NCBI GenBank assembly: GCA_001179505.1 | Contig: CDMY01000347.1 | Location: forward strand, 1-64,000 | Length of the DNA stretch: 64,000 nt | From: Vitrella brassicaformis CCMP3155 | Taxonomy: Eukaryota; Protista; Chromerida | Direction: 5' to 3' | In this document: one piece after another, positions 45,844-58,577 of the stretch | How the letters are laid out: every line of letters starts with the position of its first letter | Position numbering within the stretch: the first letter of the stretch is position 1 | Translations under genes and position numbers: made by a program | Notes under the pieces: generated by a model | Databases searched by the model: none | Seen by the model: only the letters and a program-made list of their open reading frames with translations | Told to the model about the DNA's origin: nothing

Positions 45844-47332
45844 CTATCTCTCTCTCTCTGTGTCAATGTCCTGGTGGCCCACCACATAGCCATACGGCTG
45901 ATGCTGCTGACTTGTCCGACCGCCCTCGCCCCCACGCACCACCACCCGGCCCCCCGACATGTGTGGCGGCCATCTGTCAACAAACGGGCTCTCCTCCCTG
46001 CTGCCGCCGCCGCCCAGAAACGGCTGACTGATGCCATTGTTGACATAAGTCACATCGACTCCAGCAGCAGTGGGCGACACGCCCCTGCTCAGCGATTGCG
46101 GCCTCCGCGTGCTATAGTGGTCCCTGCCACACACACACACACACACGCACACACTCACACACACGCATGAGAACCCCGCCCCACGCGCAGGCACACACAC
46201 ACATTCCGCGCCTTCGTTCTGTGTCTGACCAATGCTTGTTGATGTCTGTGTCGGAGATTCTATGCGGCGGGAGGGAGGGGGAAAACCGACGCGCAGAGGG
46301 CGACGCAGAGGCCTCATCCTGCACATCAAGCCATCCATCCATCCATCCATCCATTCTTGCTTCTGGCAGCGTACCGCACTTACGTCTGCGTCAGCTCTGA
46401 TGGACTGGTGCCGTTGGAAGTCGACGACGGTGTTGCGGAGCTCTTTGAGGAAGTAGACCACCCGCAGCAGCCGCAGCAGATCCCGCACCACACGCAGCCC
46501 CAGCATCACCGTCTCAGCGTCACTCCCTGTGTCAGACAGGGAGGGTGGGGTCAATCAAACACACTCACTGCCATCAGTGTGAAGGGGCTAGCTTGGTGTG
46601 CAGACAGCGACTGACGCACCGACAGTCGTTTTGGTCTCGAAGGCGTATGTGACGACGGCGACCACGGAGATGAGCAGCACTATCGAGTCGAATTTGTGTT
46701 CGGTCGAGCCGATGAACGACCGCAGATTGTACCGCGACATCCGCAAGCGGAGGGCGAACTCTACAATCAACACCTGGAGGGACACACACACACACACACA
46801 CACACATCCAGGCAGACAGACAGACAGACAGAGAGCGAGTGGCTGACTGCGAGGATGAAGACATCGCCGAAGAAGAGGACATCCTCGTACTCTTCATGCC
46901 CTGTTGACCTCTGCTCCTGCTGCTGCTGCGGTGGCAACAAAGGCTGCCGCCCATTCTCCCCCTCCCTCCGCTGCTGCCGCATCACGAGAACGTCCAGCAC
47001 TATCATCACACCATTGATCAGACTCATGAACGCACTTCACACACACCACACACACACACACAGAGAAAACAAAGAACCAACACGGCGTCATGAGTAGGCA
47101 TGTTCTGTATGTCTGTGTGTCTGTCTGTCTGTCTGTCTGTGTGTATGTGTGTGAGTGGCCACTTGAAGAAGATCTGGAAGACGAGGCACTGTGTGGTGAA
47201 GCAGAGGCGCTTCAGGCTCTCGCCGATCTCGGCGTGCGGCTGCTCGACGGCCGCAGAGGCAGCCGCCTCTTGCGACGATGAGTTTGGCAGGACATCCGAG
47301 CTCTCTACCGCTGCCACGTAGCTGCTGTCCAT
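45844..47332 (-). CDS. Voltage-sensor-domain-only membrane protein (S1-S4, no pore domain)
   Basis: Spliced: S1 FQIFFN | AFMSLINGVMIVLDVLVM; S2 YEDVLFFGDVFILA | VLIVEFALRL; S3 HKFDSIVLLISVVAVVTYAF; S4 LGLRVVRDLLRLLRVVYFLKEL; then a hydrophilic tail to the stop at 45844. Confidence 0.85.
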
Positions 47333-47536
47333 GGTCTTTTCGCCAGACTCAGAAGGGGAGGCGGATCGGCTCACTTGCAAGCTCACGTCCGAGATCGCGG
47401 GTCACGACAGGGACCCCCCTCCAAGGCGAGAACAGGGCAGGTGCACGCTTCGTTGCTGCCTGTGCGCCCGACGGCGGGATCTTTTCAGCTGCGCTGGCTG
47501 TTGTGAGGTGCGGCCGCCTCACTTCACTCCCCTGTG

Positions 47537-48055
47537 ATGGTGGCTCAGCGGTGGGCGTGGACGGCCGCCGGGGAGTTCCTGGCGTTCCGCCTGGGCCGCC
47601 TCTATGAAACCCTCTACTACTCACAGTAAGGCCTGACAGACTGGCAGACACTCATCCTGTGCTGATCTGCTGTGTGTGAGCTGTGCAGGTACAACAACAA
47701 GTACTGGATGGCCCTGATCATCCCTGGCTGGTTCTGCACGACCCGCTGGCGCGCCGAGCACCAGCTGCACTACTACGTCTTCATCGACTCGGCCAACATC
47801 CTGCCCGACACGAGCAGCTGGCTGTGGGGCTCCTGGGGACAGGGCACCAAGTACTACCTCCCCGACAACGCCAAGGTCAAGGATCTGTACAAGGCCGTCT
47901 ATGGGGAGGACAAGAAGGTGCCATCGAATGTGCGTGCGGGGTGCCGGGGGCGGATGATGGATGACGACGACACTCTGGCGATGGCGGTGCACGCCTTCTG
48001 CAAGAGGGACCCCAAGATTCAGATCTGGGAGGAGGATGGGACCATCCACATGTGA
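47537..48055 (+). CDS. Conserved-looking 151-aa Trp-rich protein, possibly a myzozoan-specific mitochondrial respiratory-complex subunit (ApiCox-type)
   Basis: ATG 47537, one intron 47626-47688: MVAQRWAWTAAGEFLAFRLGRLYETLYYSQ | YNNKYWMALIIPGWFCTTRWRAEHQLHYYVFID...RDPKIQIWEEDGTIHM*. Strong codon bias supports a real gene. The family assignment is from recollection only. Confidence 0.8.
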
Positions 48056-48764
48056 TGATTGGGGGAGAGGTTTGGTGCCTTTGATGGTTCGTTCTGTTGT
48101 ATGGCTGCTGTCCAGTGAGTGGTGCCTGATGTGTCTCTGAGTGATGGGTGAAGAGCTTCGTTTCCTTGCGAAGTGCCTTCACCCGTCAATGCAGAGCGCG
48201 CAAGGCGCGACTCACGACGCAGCGGCTGGAGCTTTGCAGTGGCGTATTTCCCTGTGTCATGATGAGTGTGTGGATGGACTTCTCTTGAATGCTGAGAAAC
48301 CGTCCGTCTGACACACAGGTGAGTGCTTGCCGTGACATTGCTGTGAAGGCAAGATGACATCGTTTGGCTGACAGTGTCGCTTTGTGACGTACAATGACCT
48401 TGGTTTGATGCACAAACACACTTACACAACAGACTGACATGAGAATAATGAATGTGCCTGTCCTGCCTGATGGGTCTTCCCATCTCACGACCAACCAACG
48501 CCTGGCTGATAGATGCATCGACAATAAGCAAGGAAAGCCCAGTGGCTGACAACACACATGACACTAGCTGTCGATCAGCCAGAGCAGACAGAATGAGTGA
48601 GTGAGCAAAGCTGCATGTGCCAGGAGCAGCAAAGTGCAGCGAAAGCGAATGAGAGTGAGAGAGAGATGCTACGTGAAAGGTGGACGAAAAGTGCAGCAAA
48701 TCAGTGTTTTACACATGGCTACAGCTGGCTGGCTACCATTCCCTCCATCCCTCCATCTGTCAGT

Positions 48765-51700
48765 CTAGTACGCGTCGGGGGGCACATAATCCTCCATCGA
48801 GAAGACCACTTTAGAAATGGGCGGCTTCTTCCTCTCTTTCTCATCATGGCCACCCCCCTTATCCCACGACCCACTCACCAACCAGAAAGGGTCACTCTCA
48901 TCACCACCACCACTGCCCCTCCTCCCACCTCGCCCACCCCTCCCTCCCCTCTCCCCCTTGCCCTTGGTGCCTCTGGGAGGCGCCTGCCCTGATATCGACG
49001 GCAGCTCCTTTCCAGCAATCGAGCTTGATGAAGAACTGCCCTCCCAAGGAGAGACGGAAATGCTCAGCACCGACGGCCGCCTCACTGCAGCAGCCGCCCT
49101 GGGGGGTGACTGTCTTGGTGGCGAGTGGGAGGGGAGCGGTCGCAGCGCAGCGGCGAGCTGGTGCAGGGGGAAGTCGCGTGTGGGTGTGGGTGGGAAGACG
49201 GCAGCTGCTGGCCTGCAAAGGGGAGGGGGGATGGGTGTGGGGCGGTGGGTGGCTGGGGTGGTGGCTCGGCTGCCCCTGCTGAGAGGCCTGTCGGGTGTGG
49301 GCGTGGGTCTGTGTGTGGGGGCGTCGCTGATGCTGCTCGTGCGACGCCGGGGCAGCGGCGCTCGCTTGGCAAAGCGAGGAGCATGGGGCTTGACAAGATG
49401 CTCACCTGCAATACACACACATGATGACACAGACCCACAGGTGCGTGTGTGTATGTGCCCCTCTCAATCTCTCTATGGATGCACTGCACTTGATTCGTAC
49501 GTTGTTTGATTCGGTCGACTTCGTCTTTGGCTGTGGTGGCGATGTAGTCGAGGCTCTCCATCAGGTCGATGTAGGTGGGCTGCCGGCCCCCTCCCTCACC
49601 CACACCCTCCTGTGTTGGGGAGATCGGCACCGACGGGCGCGCACCGTCCTCGAGCAGCCGGTGCAAAGGCAGCTGCTCCTTGGCCATACCCTGCGCCACC
49701 TGCAGACAACACACAGGGGTGGATAGATGGGATGGAGGCAAAGGGTGCCTGCTGATGGGTGTGTCTGTCGCCATCAATGGCTGGCTGACCTGTTTGAGGT
49801 AAGAAGAGATGAGCTTGTCTCTCTTTCTTCTGGCGCAGAGGGCCGCCAGCCGCTCCTGCTCCCTCTCCCGATTCAACTGCACACCACAAGACAGCCACAT
49901 GAAACCCACACACAACACAACACCAGACACGTCTCTGGTGCCAGCATCCCTCTCTCTCACCAGGTATCCCTCCTGAATCTGCCGCTGGGTCAGCTTGTGC
50001 ATCGCGCGTTTCCTGTCGGCCTCCTCGGCGGCTCGCTTCTGCAGCGCGTCCCTCGCACACGCCTCTACCTGCCGCACCGTCCGCGCCTTGTCGCAGTTGG
50101 ACCGGTGTGTCGACTCGCGCTCGTCACCTATCTCACGAAGCCGCAACCTGTGTGTGTGTGTGGAAGGCCCATCCATCCATCCATACAACCAGAGAGAGGC
50201 GGTGGGGGGGATTCTTACGGACCCTCTTTCGAGTGCGTTGACTTGTTTGGCGAATCTGTTGACGAAGTCTGCCGTGGCGGCCGCGGCAGCCCTCTCCTCC
50301 CGCCGACGCTCAGACAACAGACGGGTCATCCGACGGGCGGTCTCCGTCTGCACACAGACATCAACATCAACATCAATCAGTCAAGCAGATGGGTGTCTGT
50401 CCGTCCATCCACCAAGGTAAGGTACCTCAGCTTCGTGCTGGAAGGCGATGCCCTGTAGAGCGTCCCTCTCCTGGTTGAATGTCATGCGCCGCTCTCTGTT
50501 AGTCAGCCAGTCGGCGAAGGCGCGCTCGGCCTTGATGTGCTGCCGGGCCGCTCGCACGTTGCCCCAACTGGCAAGCCGCTCGGCGTCACGCGCCGTGTGC
50601 TGCTCAAGGATGGTATAACGCTGCAGCAAACAAATGGGCAGTAAACAGGACGTGTGTGTGTGTGTGTGTGTGTGTGTGGAGATTGCCCCACTGCGCACCT
50701 CTTGGAAGGAGCCATATGCGGCCGCCGCGCCCATGAAGGCTATGAGTCTTCTCTCCCACTCGCTCTTGTAGAAGGGAGGCACCTTGACGGGCCGCTCGCT
50801 CTCAAGCAGCACATCAGGGGCGGGGGATGGCCTCACCCGCACCCCCACACCCATCCTGCTCCCACTCGGCAGCTCCGCCAACTCAGACAGATCAAGCCGC
50901 GGCACGTGCGGCCTCGTGATAGGTACGGGTGCCTCCAGCGGCTCTACAGGTGCCTCCTCTTCCTCTTCCTCTCCCTCTCCGTCACCCTCCTGTATCTCGC
51001 CCGCTGGCAGGGCCCTCTCGATCGACTGCATAAGGGAAGATTCCGTGAGGCTCATCTGCTGGGAGATGCTCACGCCCATTTCCTCCTCCATATGGAATCT
51101 GTCCGGCTGCTCTGCTGCCTCTCCCTCTCCCTCTCCCTCTGCCTCTAGCTCCTCTCGCCAGAGTGGGTGTGAGGGTGAGAGTTCCAGTGGGAGGCCACGC
51201 CTGTCGGCCTGCTGCACGTGTTGCTGCCGGATGGATGCGGGCGTGACGGGAGACATGTCGCCGGCGGCTGGAGGTGGGGTGGGGCTGCCGACGGCGGGGA
51301 ATGACGATGTCGTGCCGCCCATCAACGCCCTGACACACACATAGACACACACATACAGAGAGAGCGGGAAGACTGCATGTGTGTGCGTCGACATCCGCTG
51401 ACTTGATGGCTTCATCAGCGGGCAGTGCGTCCCCCCTGCTCCTTCTCAGCATGTGCCACCACATCTCCGCAGGCGGCATCACCACCCCCGCCTCTCGCTG
51501 CTCAGCGACATCCCCCAGCATCCCCGTCATGCCCCTCCCCCGCCTGATGGCCCTCCGCCTGACCTCCTCCACCATGCGCCTCCTCTCAGTGCCCAGGATG
51601 TACTTCTCGGTGCGGCCAAGCTGCGCGAGCACCTCCGGGTCGTCGTCGTCGCGCTGGTGGTCCTTGGTGATGGGCTTGAGGCCCAATAGCTCACGGTGGG

Positions 51701-54700
51701 TGAGCTGGATGGGCGTCTCGGAGATGCTGAATGAATGGATGGAAGCGACAGAGAGAAGATCAGATGAGATGGGTCGGTGTGGTGGGAGTGTGCGTACGCT
51801 TCGAGTAGAGCGAGGCGCTCTGCTGCTTCGTCGAAGAGGGGTGCCTCCTCTCCCGCAGCACCACCAGCCGCCGCTCTCCTGCCGTCATCAGCCCCTTTCA
51901 CCCGCAGCCTCCGTCTTCTCTTGATGAGGCCGGTTGCCGTCAGTCTGTCCTCGCCAGGCTTGAAGCTCACCACCAGCCGAGTGCCACCCGTCCTGTCGCG
52001 CATGAGGCCCTTCTCCCACCCACCGGGCAGCGCACGCCGGTCCAGGTCTGCTGCAGCAGCTGCCGCAAAGGCCGCCGCACCGGCAGCAGCGGCAACAGAT
52101 GCAGATGCCGCTGCACCGACGTCTGCGGCTCTCTCCACGTGCGCTGCCCGCTGCCTCTGTCTTTCACGCGACATGTCGATGGTCGACACAGACAGGTCTT
52201 CGCTCTCCTTGTCGTCCTGATCGCCGCGGAGCCTCCGTGGATGGATCCACACAGCGGGGCTCGGTGCGCGGCTGCCTCGGGCGCTTTGGGTAAGGGGGGT
52301 GGGGAGGGCGCTTATGGCCGGTAGCTCGTCATAGCCTGCTTCGACACCTGGCTCGAGAATCGTCACCGAGCCTCGCTGTGAGAGGGTGCGCCGGCGCTCA
52401 ATCGCGGCGCCGTCAATCGTCCCAATCGTCAGAAACCGGGCTGGCACACCAGCACCAGCGGCCCCCTCCACTGCCCGCTTCTCCCTCGCCCTTTGCTCAG
52501 CTTTCTTGGCCTCCATTCCCTCGGCCGTGAGCACCATTGCATCCGCCACTTCCTCTGCCAGCGGGGGTGGCACCGAATGAAGGGACTCTTCCTCTTCAGC
52601 GCTAGATGGAGACGTCCTGAGTGGCTGGCCGGCCGCTTGAGACCGCCGGGCGGCCGCAGCGGGCCCCTCCACTGATGAAGGTGTGATGTGGGAGAGAGAG
52701 GAGGGCGCGAGGGATGGGGGGAGAGGGGGCTGGGGCTGCTGCTCCTCCTCTTCTGGCGGGGTCTCCGCCTCCTTTGGGAAGAAGCTGCTGATGATGTCCT
52801 TCAGCCGACGGGACCGACGGCGTGGCTCATCCAGCCCTCCCACCTACAGACACACATAGCTAGAACGATGCACCACACCACACTGCACGTATGGCTCTTC
52901 TCCCCCATCTCTCCTCTACTCCCTCTCCCACCTCACCCGCACAAATCTGGGGCTGAAGTCGTCAGCTGTGAGTGCGGCTGTCCGCCCTCTCCTCACGCCA
53001 ATCCCCGGCACACCGCTGCCTCTCGACCGAGAAGAGGATGAAGATGACGGCGGCGCCATCGACGTCGGCCGCCGCATTGTGGTCATCCGCCTGACAGGCG
53101 CGACGGTGATGGGCTCCTGCGGCGGGGGTGCGAAGGGCCCGATGCTGTAGACGTCCCACAGGGCGATTAGCCTGCAGACCAGAGAGAGGCATCCATCCAT
53201 CGACAGCCACTACACCACTGTGGGTGGCTGTGCCTGCCTTTCGGCGAAGTGTGGTGCGACGACGTCGGCTTGCGTGAAGAGGGGAACGAACGCCTGGTCC
53301 CTGCCGTCGTATGTGGCGAGGAAGATCGCCAGCGCCGCCTGGCGGACCGCCTCCTCTGACGAGAATCGAAGCGCTCTGCATCCATCCATCAAGGCATCCA
53401 TCGTTCCCACGCATCCATCTGGACATCCATCGTGTATCTATGGTATTGATGCACTGCACCCCACCTGAAGGACGCCTGCATCCCCCCTCTCATGAGCTGG
53501 CTCTGCGGGCCCTCCTCACCGCCCTCATCCGCAGCAGCAGCAGCTTGCTTCTCTTCCCTTCTGACAAGACCGGCGGCCGACCGTGGCGATCGTGTTGCTC
53601 GGGGCGAGAAGCCCCCGCCGCTTCTACGCAGAGATGGCGACAGGTCCGCCGGCGGCTGCGGCTGCGCCTTGAGCCGCTGCAAAGCCTCCTGTGCGGTCTC
53701 GCTGAAGTTGACGACCTGCCCAGAGAGGAGGGTGAGGGTGTTGCCCTGCTGCAGCAGTCTCGCCTGAGCGGCCTCATCGAGAACCATGCTCTCTTGCTGC
53801 TGCTGCAGCTGCTGCATGGCAGCGGGGAGCTGCTTGGTGGTGAGTTTCTTGTTGAGGAGGAACTCGTGGAGCGTCTGGGCCTGCTGCATGGTGGCGGCCC
53901 TCTGGGGGGAAGGAGGCGTGTCGGCATAGAGCCGCTCGCGGACGGCCTCCGGGTTCTCCATGCAGTCGTGGATGAGGTCCAGACAGAGGGAGGGGAGGAA
54001 GAAGGACAGAGACGACATTCGTGCGTTGGACGTGATGATGTCCCTGGCAAACCAGAAGAGAGCAGGGGTGTGAGGGGGCACGCCGAGAGGATTGTCTGTC
54101 GCTAACTTGAGGCCTGTGGTGGCTTTGGTGTCCTCCGGATTGACGAAGGGGAACGCACCGCCAGTCGACTTCGCCAGCCAACGGGGAGGACCTGACAAAG
54201 AACCACACCCACATCACCCATCGCCCACACACCAATGCATACATGTATGCGGGTCGTCAGTCAGCTCACATGCTCTCTTGCCCGTGGCCGTCTCGTCCTC
54301 AGCAAAGCCATCAAACGACGGCGCGTCCGAATCGGCCGGTGTGGCGGTGAGCCGTCCGAGAACGGGCGCAGACTTGGACAGAGTAGCGGGGCCGCTGATG
54401 GATGGAGGAGTGACGAACGAGGGCAGTCCGGCGGACGAGAGGCCCAGCCAGAGATTGGCTTCGGGGATGTTGGGCATGAACCTGCACGCACACACGCACC
54501 AAGGCATGGAGAGAGAAGAGAGTGGTGTGCTGGTGTCTGGGGGAGGTGAGGCGAGGGTCCCTACCGTCTTCTCTTGGCGATATCGTCGATCTGTTTGAAG
54601 AGGTTGTCCTCTATGAAGAGGTACTTCTTGCGAGCCGTCTTCAGCAGAAACGCCTTCAAAGACGCCAGGAAACGGAGCCGACGCCTGCACAACCATGACA

Positions 54701-57700
54701 TACATACGCAATAACCACAACAACAAAACACATTTACACATCACACCGACCGGACCGCAATGCATCCCCCCCACCCATGGCGAGGTCGCTCACTTGAGGT
54801 TGTTCCACCGCCAGTATCTCTGTATGCAGAGCGCTGCCCGCCGCACCAGCACCGCCGTCATGAGCGGCAGCCGCAGCTCCAGGCGGGACCGGTGGGCCCG
54901 CCACGCCGCCTGCACCATCGTGGCCGCACACGCCCTCTCGGCCGACCGCTCCATAACGAATGGCACCGCAGGCAGCCGCAAGAGATCCCACTGATGTGAA
55001 GCAAAGGGTGCACGCAACACATGGGTTCTGTTTGTGGCTTGCCCTCTTACGGCGTAGAAGGGCATTCGTTTCTTGCTCTCTGCCAGTTGCTCGGCGCTGG
55101 TCCCCCTCTCGCCGACCTCTTTGCTGAGCATGCACACCGAGCTGAGCAGGCGGATCATGTGCACGGCGAAGTAAAAGGTTGGCGGGCGCCACTTGCTCAT
55201 CCGCTGGGTCAGCCACGTGCAGTCGCCATAGAGCTTCACGCCCAGGAGGTCGTCATAGAGGCCCCCATGGTCCCACCGCACCTTCGACCCCCCAATCCCG
55301 AAATCCATCCTCACATCACCATCCCCATCACCACCTCTCGCCCTTTTCCTCTCGGCCTCATCAGCCGCCCACAGCGGCTCAGAGGTCGGTTGGTGTCCGT
55401 CGTCTGTGTCCATGCTGCCTCGTTTCTTCTTCTTGCCGATGCCGTCTGGCGCTGAGTGTGGCTGCATGGATGGGGGAGGGGGCGAGGGCGGGGGGGAGGC
55501 CGCTGCGCTGTCATATGGGGCGGGGGGCTGGGAACAAGACGCAAGGAAGATCGTCCTGTCCCGGCCACGCACCGCCGTACCACGCCTGTTCTCTCAGCAC
55601 ACATACATACCAGACAGAGAGGGCGAGGAAGAAAGAGTGAGAGACCCCTCGATAGATCGGTGGACGAAGGCATGTGTGTGAGCACCTCACCTACCGTTTG
55701 ATTTTGGCGAGTCTTCTGGCGACCTCCGGTGAGGGTGTGTCGACAACGCGGTGGAAGGGGCCGCCCCATGGGTGCATCGGGAAGCGCGTGGCGGTGTGGG
55801 TTGAGGTGAGCTGCCTGGCGGGGCGGAGGAGGGCGGACGCCTCAAGGTGCAGCAGGAGGGTGATGGAGCTTGACCGAGATGGGAGGTCATCCGCGTCGGG
55901 GAGCCTGACGCACCACAGAAAAGAAGAGGGACGATGGATGTGTGTGGCGTGTGTGGTCTTATCATGCATGATGCGGCAGGGCCGCACCGGATGGCGCGCA
56001 GGTGGCCCTCTTCGAAGGTGATAGGCTGGTCTCCCAAATCGGGACACGCAGACCTGCACACACCAGTCCAAATTCGCCTCTCTCTCGTCTTTGTCTCCAA
56101 CATTTCCCCACGTGTCTGTGCCTGCCTGCCTGCCTGCCTGCCTGTGGTATCTGGCGACATGTGCGATGATGTCCCTCATCTGGTCGTCATAGCTGCTGGG
56201 GAAGTGCACCTCCCAGTGGTCCCGACCCTGCCTCAGCCGCAGCATGTCGGCGATGATCTTGCTGCGCGTGTAGACGCCCCTGTACGCCCTACTGAACAGC
56301 CGAGCCGCCTTCCTGTGACGCCACTCCTCGCGCCGCTTCCGCACCCAGGATCTCACATACCGCGCGATTGTTCGCAGCGCTTTCGCCTGCAGACATATCC
56401 CATACCAGGATACACAAACAAATGCACCAAGCGCCTCTCTCTCTCAGAATTATGACACGTGTGCTCACGTACTCTTCGCAACTCGTGAGCCGAAAGCAGC
56501 AAACCCAGGTCTTCCTCAGGCAGCGAATCACGCAACTGATGGACCACACACACACGCGCGTGTTGTGAACCTCCCCCCTGTCTCTCTGTGCCCTTTACCC
56601 GTTCCATGAGTTGTTTCTTCCAGAGGAAGGTGCGGTAGGCCTTTTGTATGAGCAGGATGGCGTGTCTTTTGGCGCGTCCGAAGTCGATGGCCCTCTTGCG
56701 GACGGCAAGGCCTTTGAGGTACCGCTGGATGACACTGACTGCACTGCACTGGGACGCGCGGACACGCACGGCACGCAGCTGGGACTCACAATCCTGTAGA
56801 GTAGATGATGGTCAGTCAGGTCATACAGACAGACAGACAGAAAAGTGCAACCATTCACTGTCGATGGTAGAGAGAGGGGACAGGGGGATGTGTTGCTGGC
56901 TGGCTGCCTTGCTCACCTCGAGTATGGCTTGCTCCTCTTCCAGCTCCTCCCTCTCGTCGATGTCAGGCTCCATCCAGCCCTCACTGCCCCTCTCCTTTTC
57001 CCTCTCCTTGCTCTCCCTCCGACTCTCCCGCCGACCACCACCACCCCCACCCCCACCCCTCCGCGGCGTCTTGCCGCCACTCTTGGACGACTCATTGCTC
57101 GAGTGGCTCCCGCCATCGCCCTCATGCGAGCTGGACGAGTGCGAGCGGCTCCCCCCAGACCTCTCCGTGCGCACGGACCGGTCAAGCAGGCTGGTTCGGG
57201 GCGGGTTGACGGCCACGCGTGTCTCGTCGGACATGGCCTCGAACCGTATGCGGAACTTGATGTGTCGCGCGAGGGAGGCCTTGCTCTTGCTGTGCGAGGG
57301 GGCGGGCGGGGCTGTGGGGCGCTTTGGCCTGCTTGGTCGGGCGGGGAATGGCTCGACAGCCAGGTGGGAGGGGGGCGATGTGGCGAGGCGTTTGGTGCCG
57401 CGTGCGGAAGGGGAGATGGACACACGACGCTTGGCGGCCACAGGCACAGGGCTCAGGAACGGAACTCTCTCTGATGAGCGCCGACAGAACGCATGGAAAC
57501 ATATGTGTGTGTGTGAGTGCAGCGAATAGGCGTCGGTTGCTCAGCTCACCCGAGTCGACAATGACGTGAGCGTCCAGCGCCAGCAGACCCGGGTTGGTCT
57601 TGATGCAGAAGGACCTGTACTCGGGCTGCGCCGATATGGGCGAGTGGTAGACGGTCAGCCACTTGAGGGCGGGCGGGGCCAGCAGCCGGGCGAGGGTATC

Positions 57701-57793
57701 CCAGTCATGGAAATTGTTCTTGTGCGCCCACAGGATCTCCAGGCTCCTCAGCGCCGCCCACACATCGTGCCCAGGTATCACCGACATCTGACA

Positions 57794-57824
<31 letters not shown>

Positions 57825-58265
57825 GAGGCAGAGAGAGGCATTTGCGTGTGGATGGATGGATGGATGGATGTGGGTGCATCCATCCCTACCAGCAATGTCG
57901 AGGAACTTGAGTCGCTCCCGCCGCATGAGCCCCGGGCCGAACACCGTCATGTCAGGTATCCTCTTGCCCTCCACCGACAGCAGAAGCAGCGACGCGAACA
58001 CGCCCCAATTGTCTTTCATGCGCCTCGCCGCGCGGGGGAAGCTCCCGGTGGGTGCATAGATGACTGCCTGGAGCTCCTCCACGGGCCTGCCTTCGACCGC
58101 CTCCCTCCTGGCGACCTTGGCCCTTCGCTTGGTGGCCTCCTTCTCCTCTTCTCTCGCCACGCGGCCCTTTGCGTTCGGCAGGAAGAGTAGGGGGTCAGTC
58201 CATGCCTCCTTGGCCTCCTGCACTTGGGCATACAGCTCGGACAGAGATGGCGGGGGTCTGGCCAT
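48765..58265 (-). CDS. Large LRR- and IQ-motif protein with C-terminal coiled coil (LRRIQ3-like architecture; probably ciliary)
   Basis: ATG 58265. LRR and LRR cap: LRSLEILWAHKNNFHDW...LKWLTVYHSPISAQPEYRSFCIKTNPGLLALDAHVI. IQ motifs: VIQRYLKGLAVRK, LIQKAYRTFLWKK, MVQAAWRAHRSR, CIQRYWRWNNLK. More than 20 same-strand exons continue to the stop at 48765. Could be two adjacent genes. Confidence 0.75.
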
Positions 58266-58577
58266 GATTCCCACAGTAAGGGGGGTGTTGCAAATGGACT
58301 CAACCGGATGACTTTGATGCTGTCGAGGTGCCAGCGGCCAGTTTGAACTCGCCTCGGGAACTGCGAGCTTGAGAAGAGAGAGTCGCGAGCTAGGCGGAAG
58401 AGAAGGAGAAGAAAGATCTGGCTCAGATGCTCAGCACCATTCAACATCCCCGCCAGACCTCGTCTCTCACAGCCCTGCCTCCATCTCCACTGCATTCTCA
58501 CTGAGCCTCGACGGCACGACGCTCGGCACGACGAGCGACAAGGGGAGGACTGGACTCTCACACCCAGTACAGCGCAG

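Noticed and set aside
45844-47332. Calling the voltage-sensor gene Hv1/HVCN1
   Set aside because: It lacks the S1 Asp and the S4 RxWRxxR Trp.
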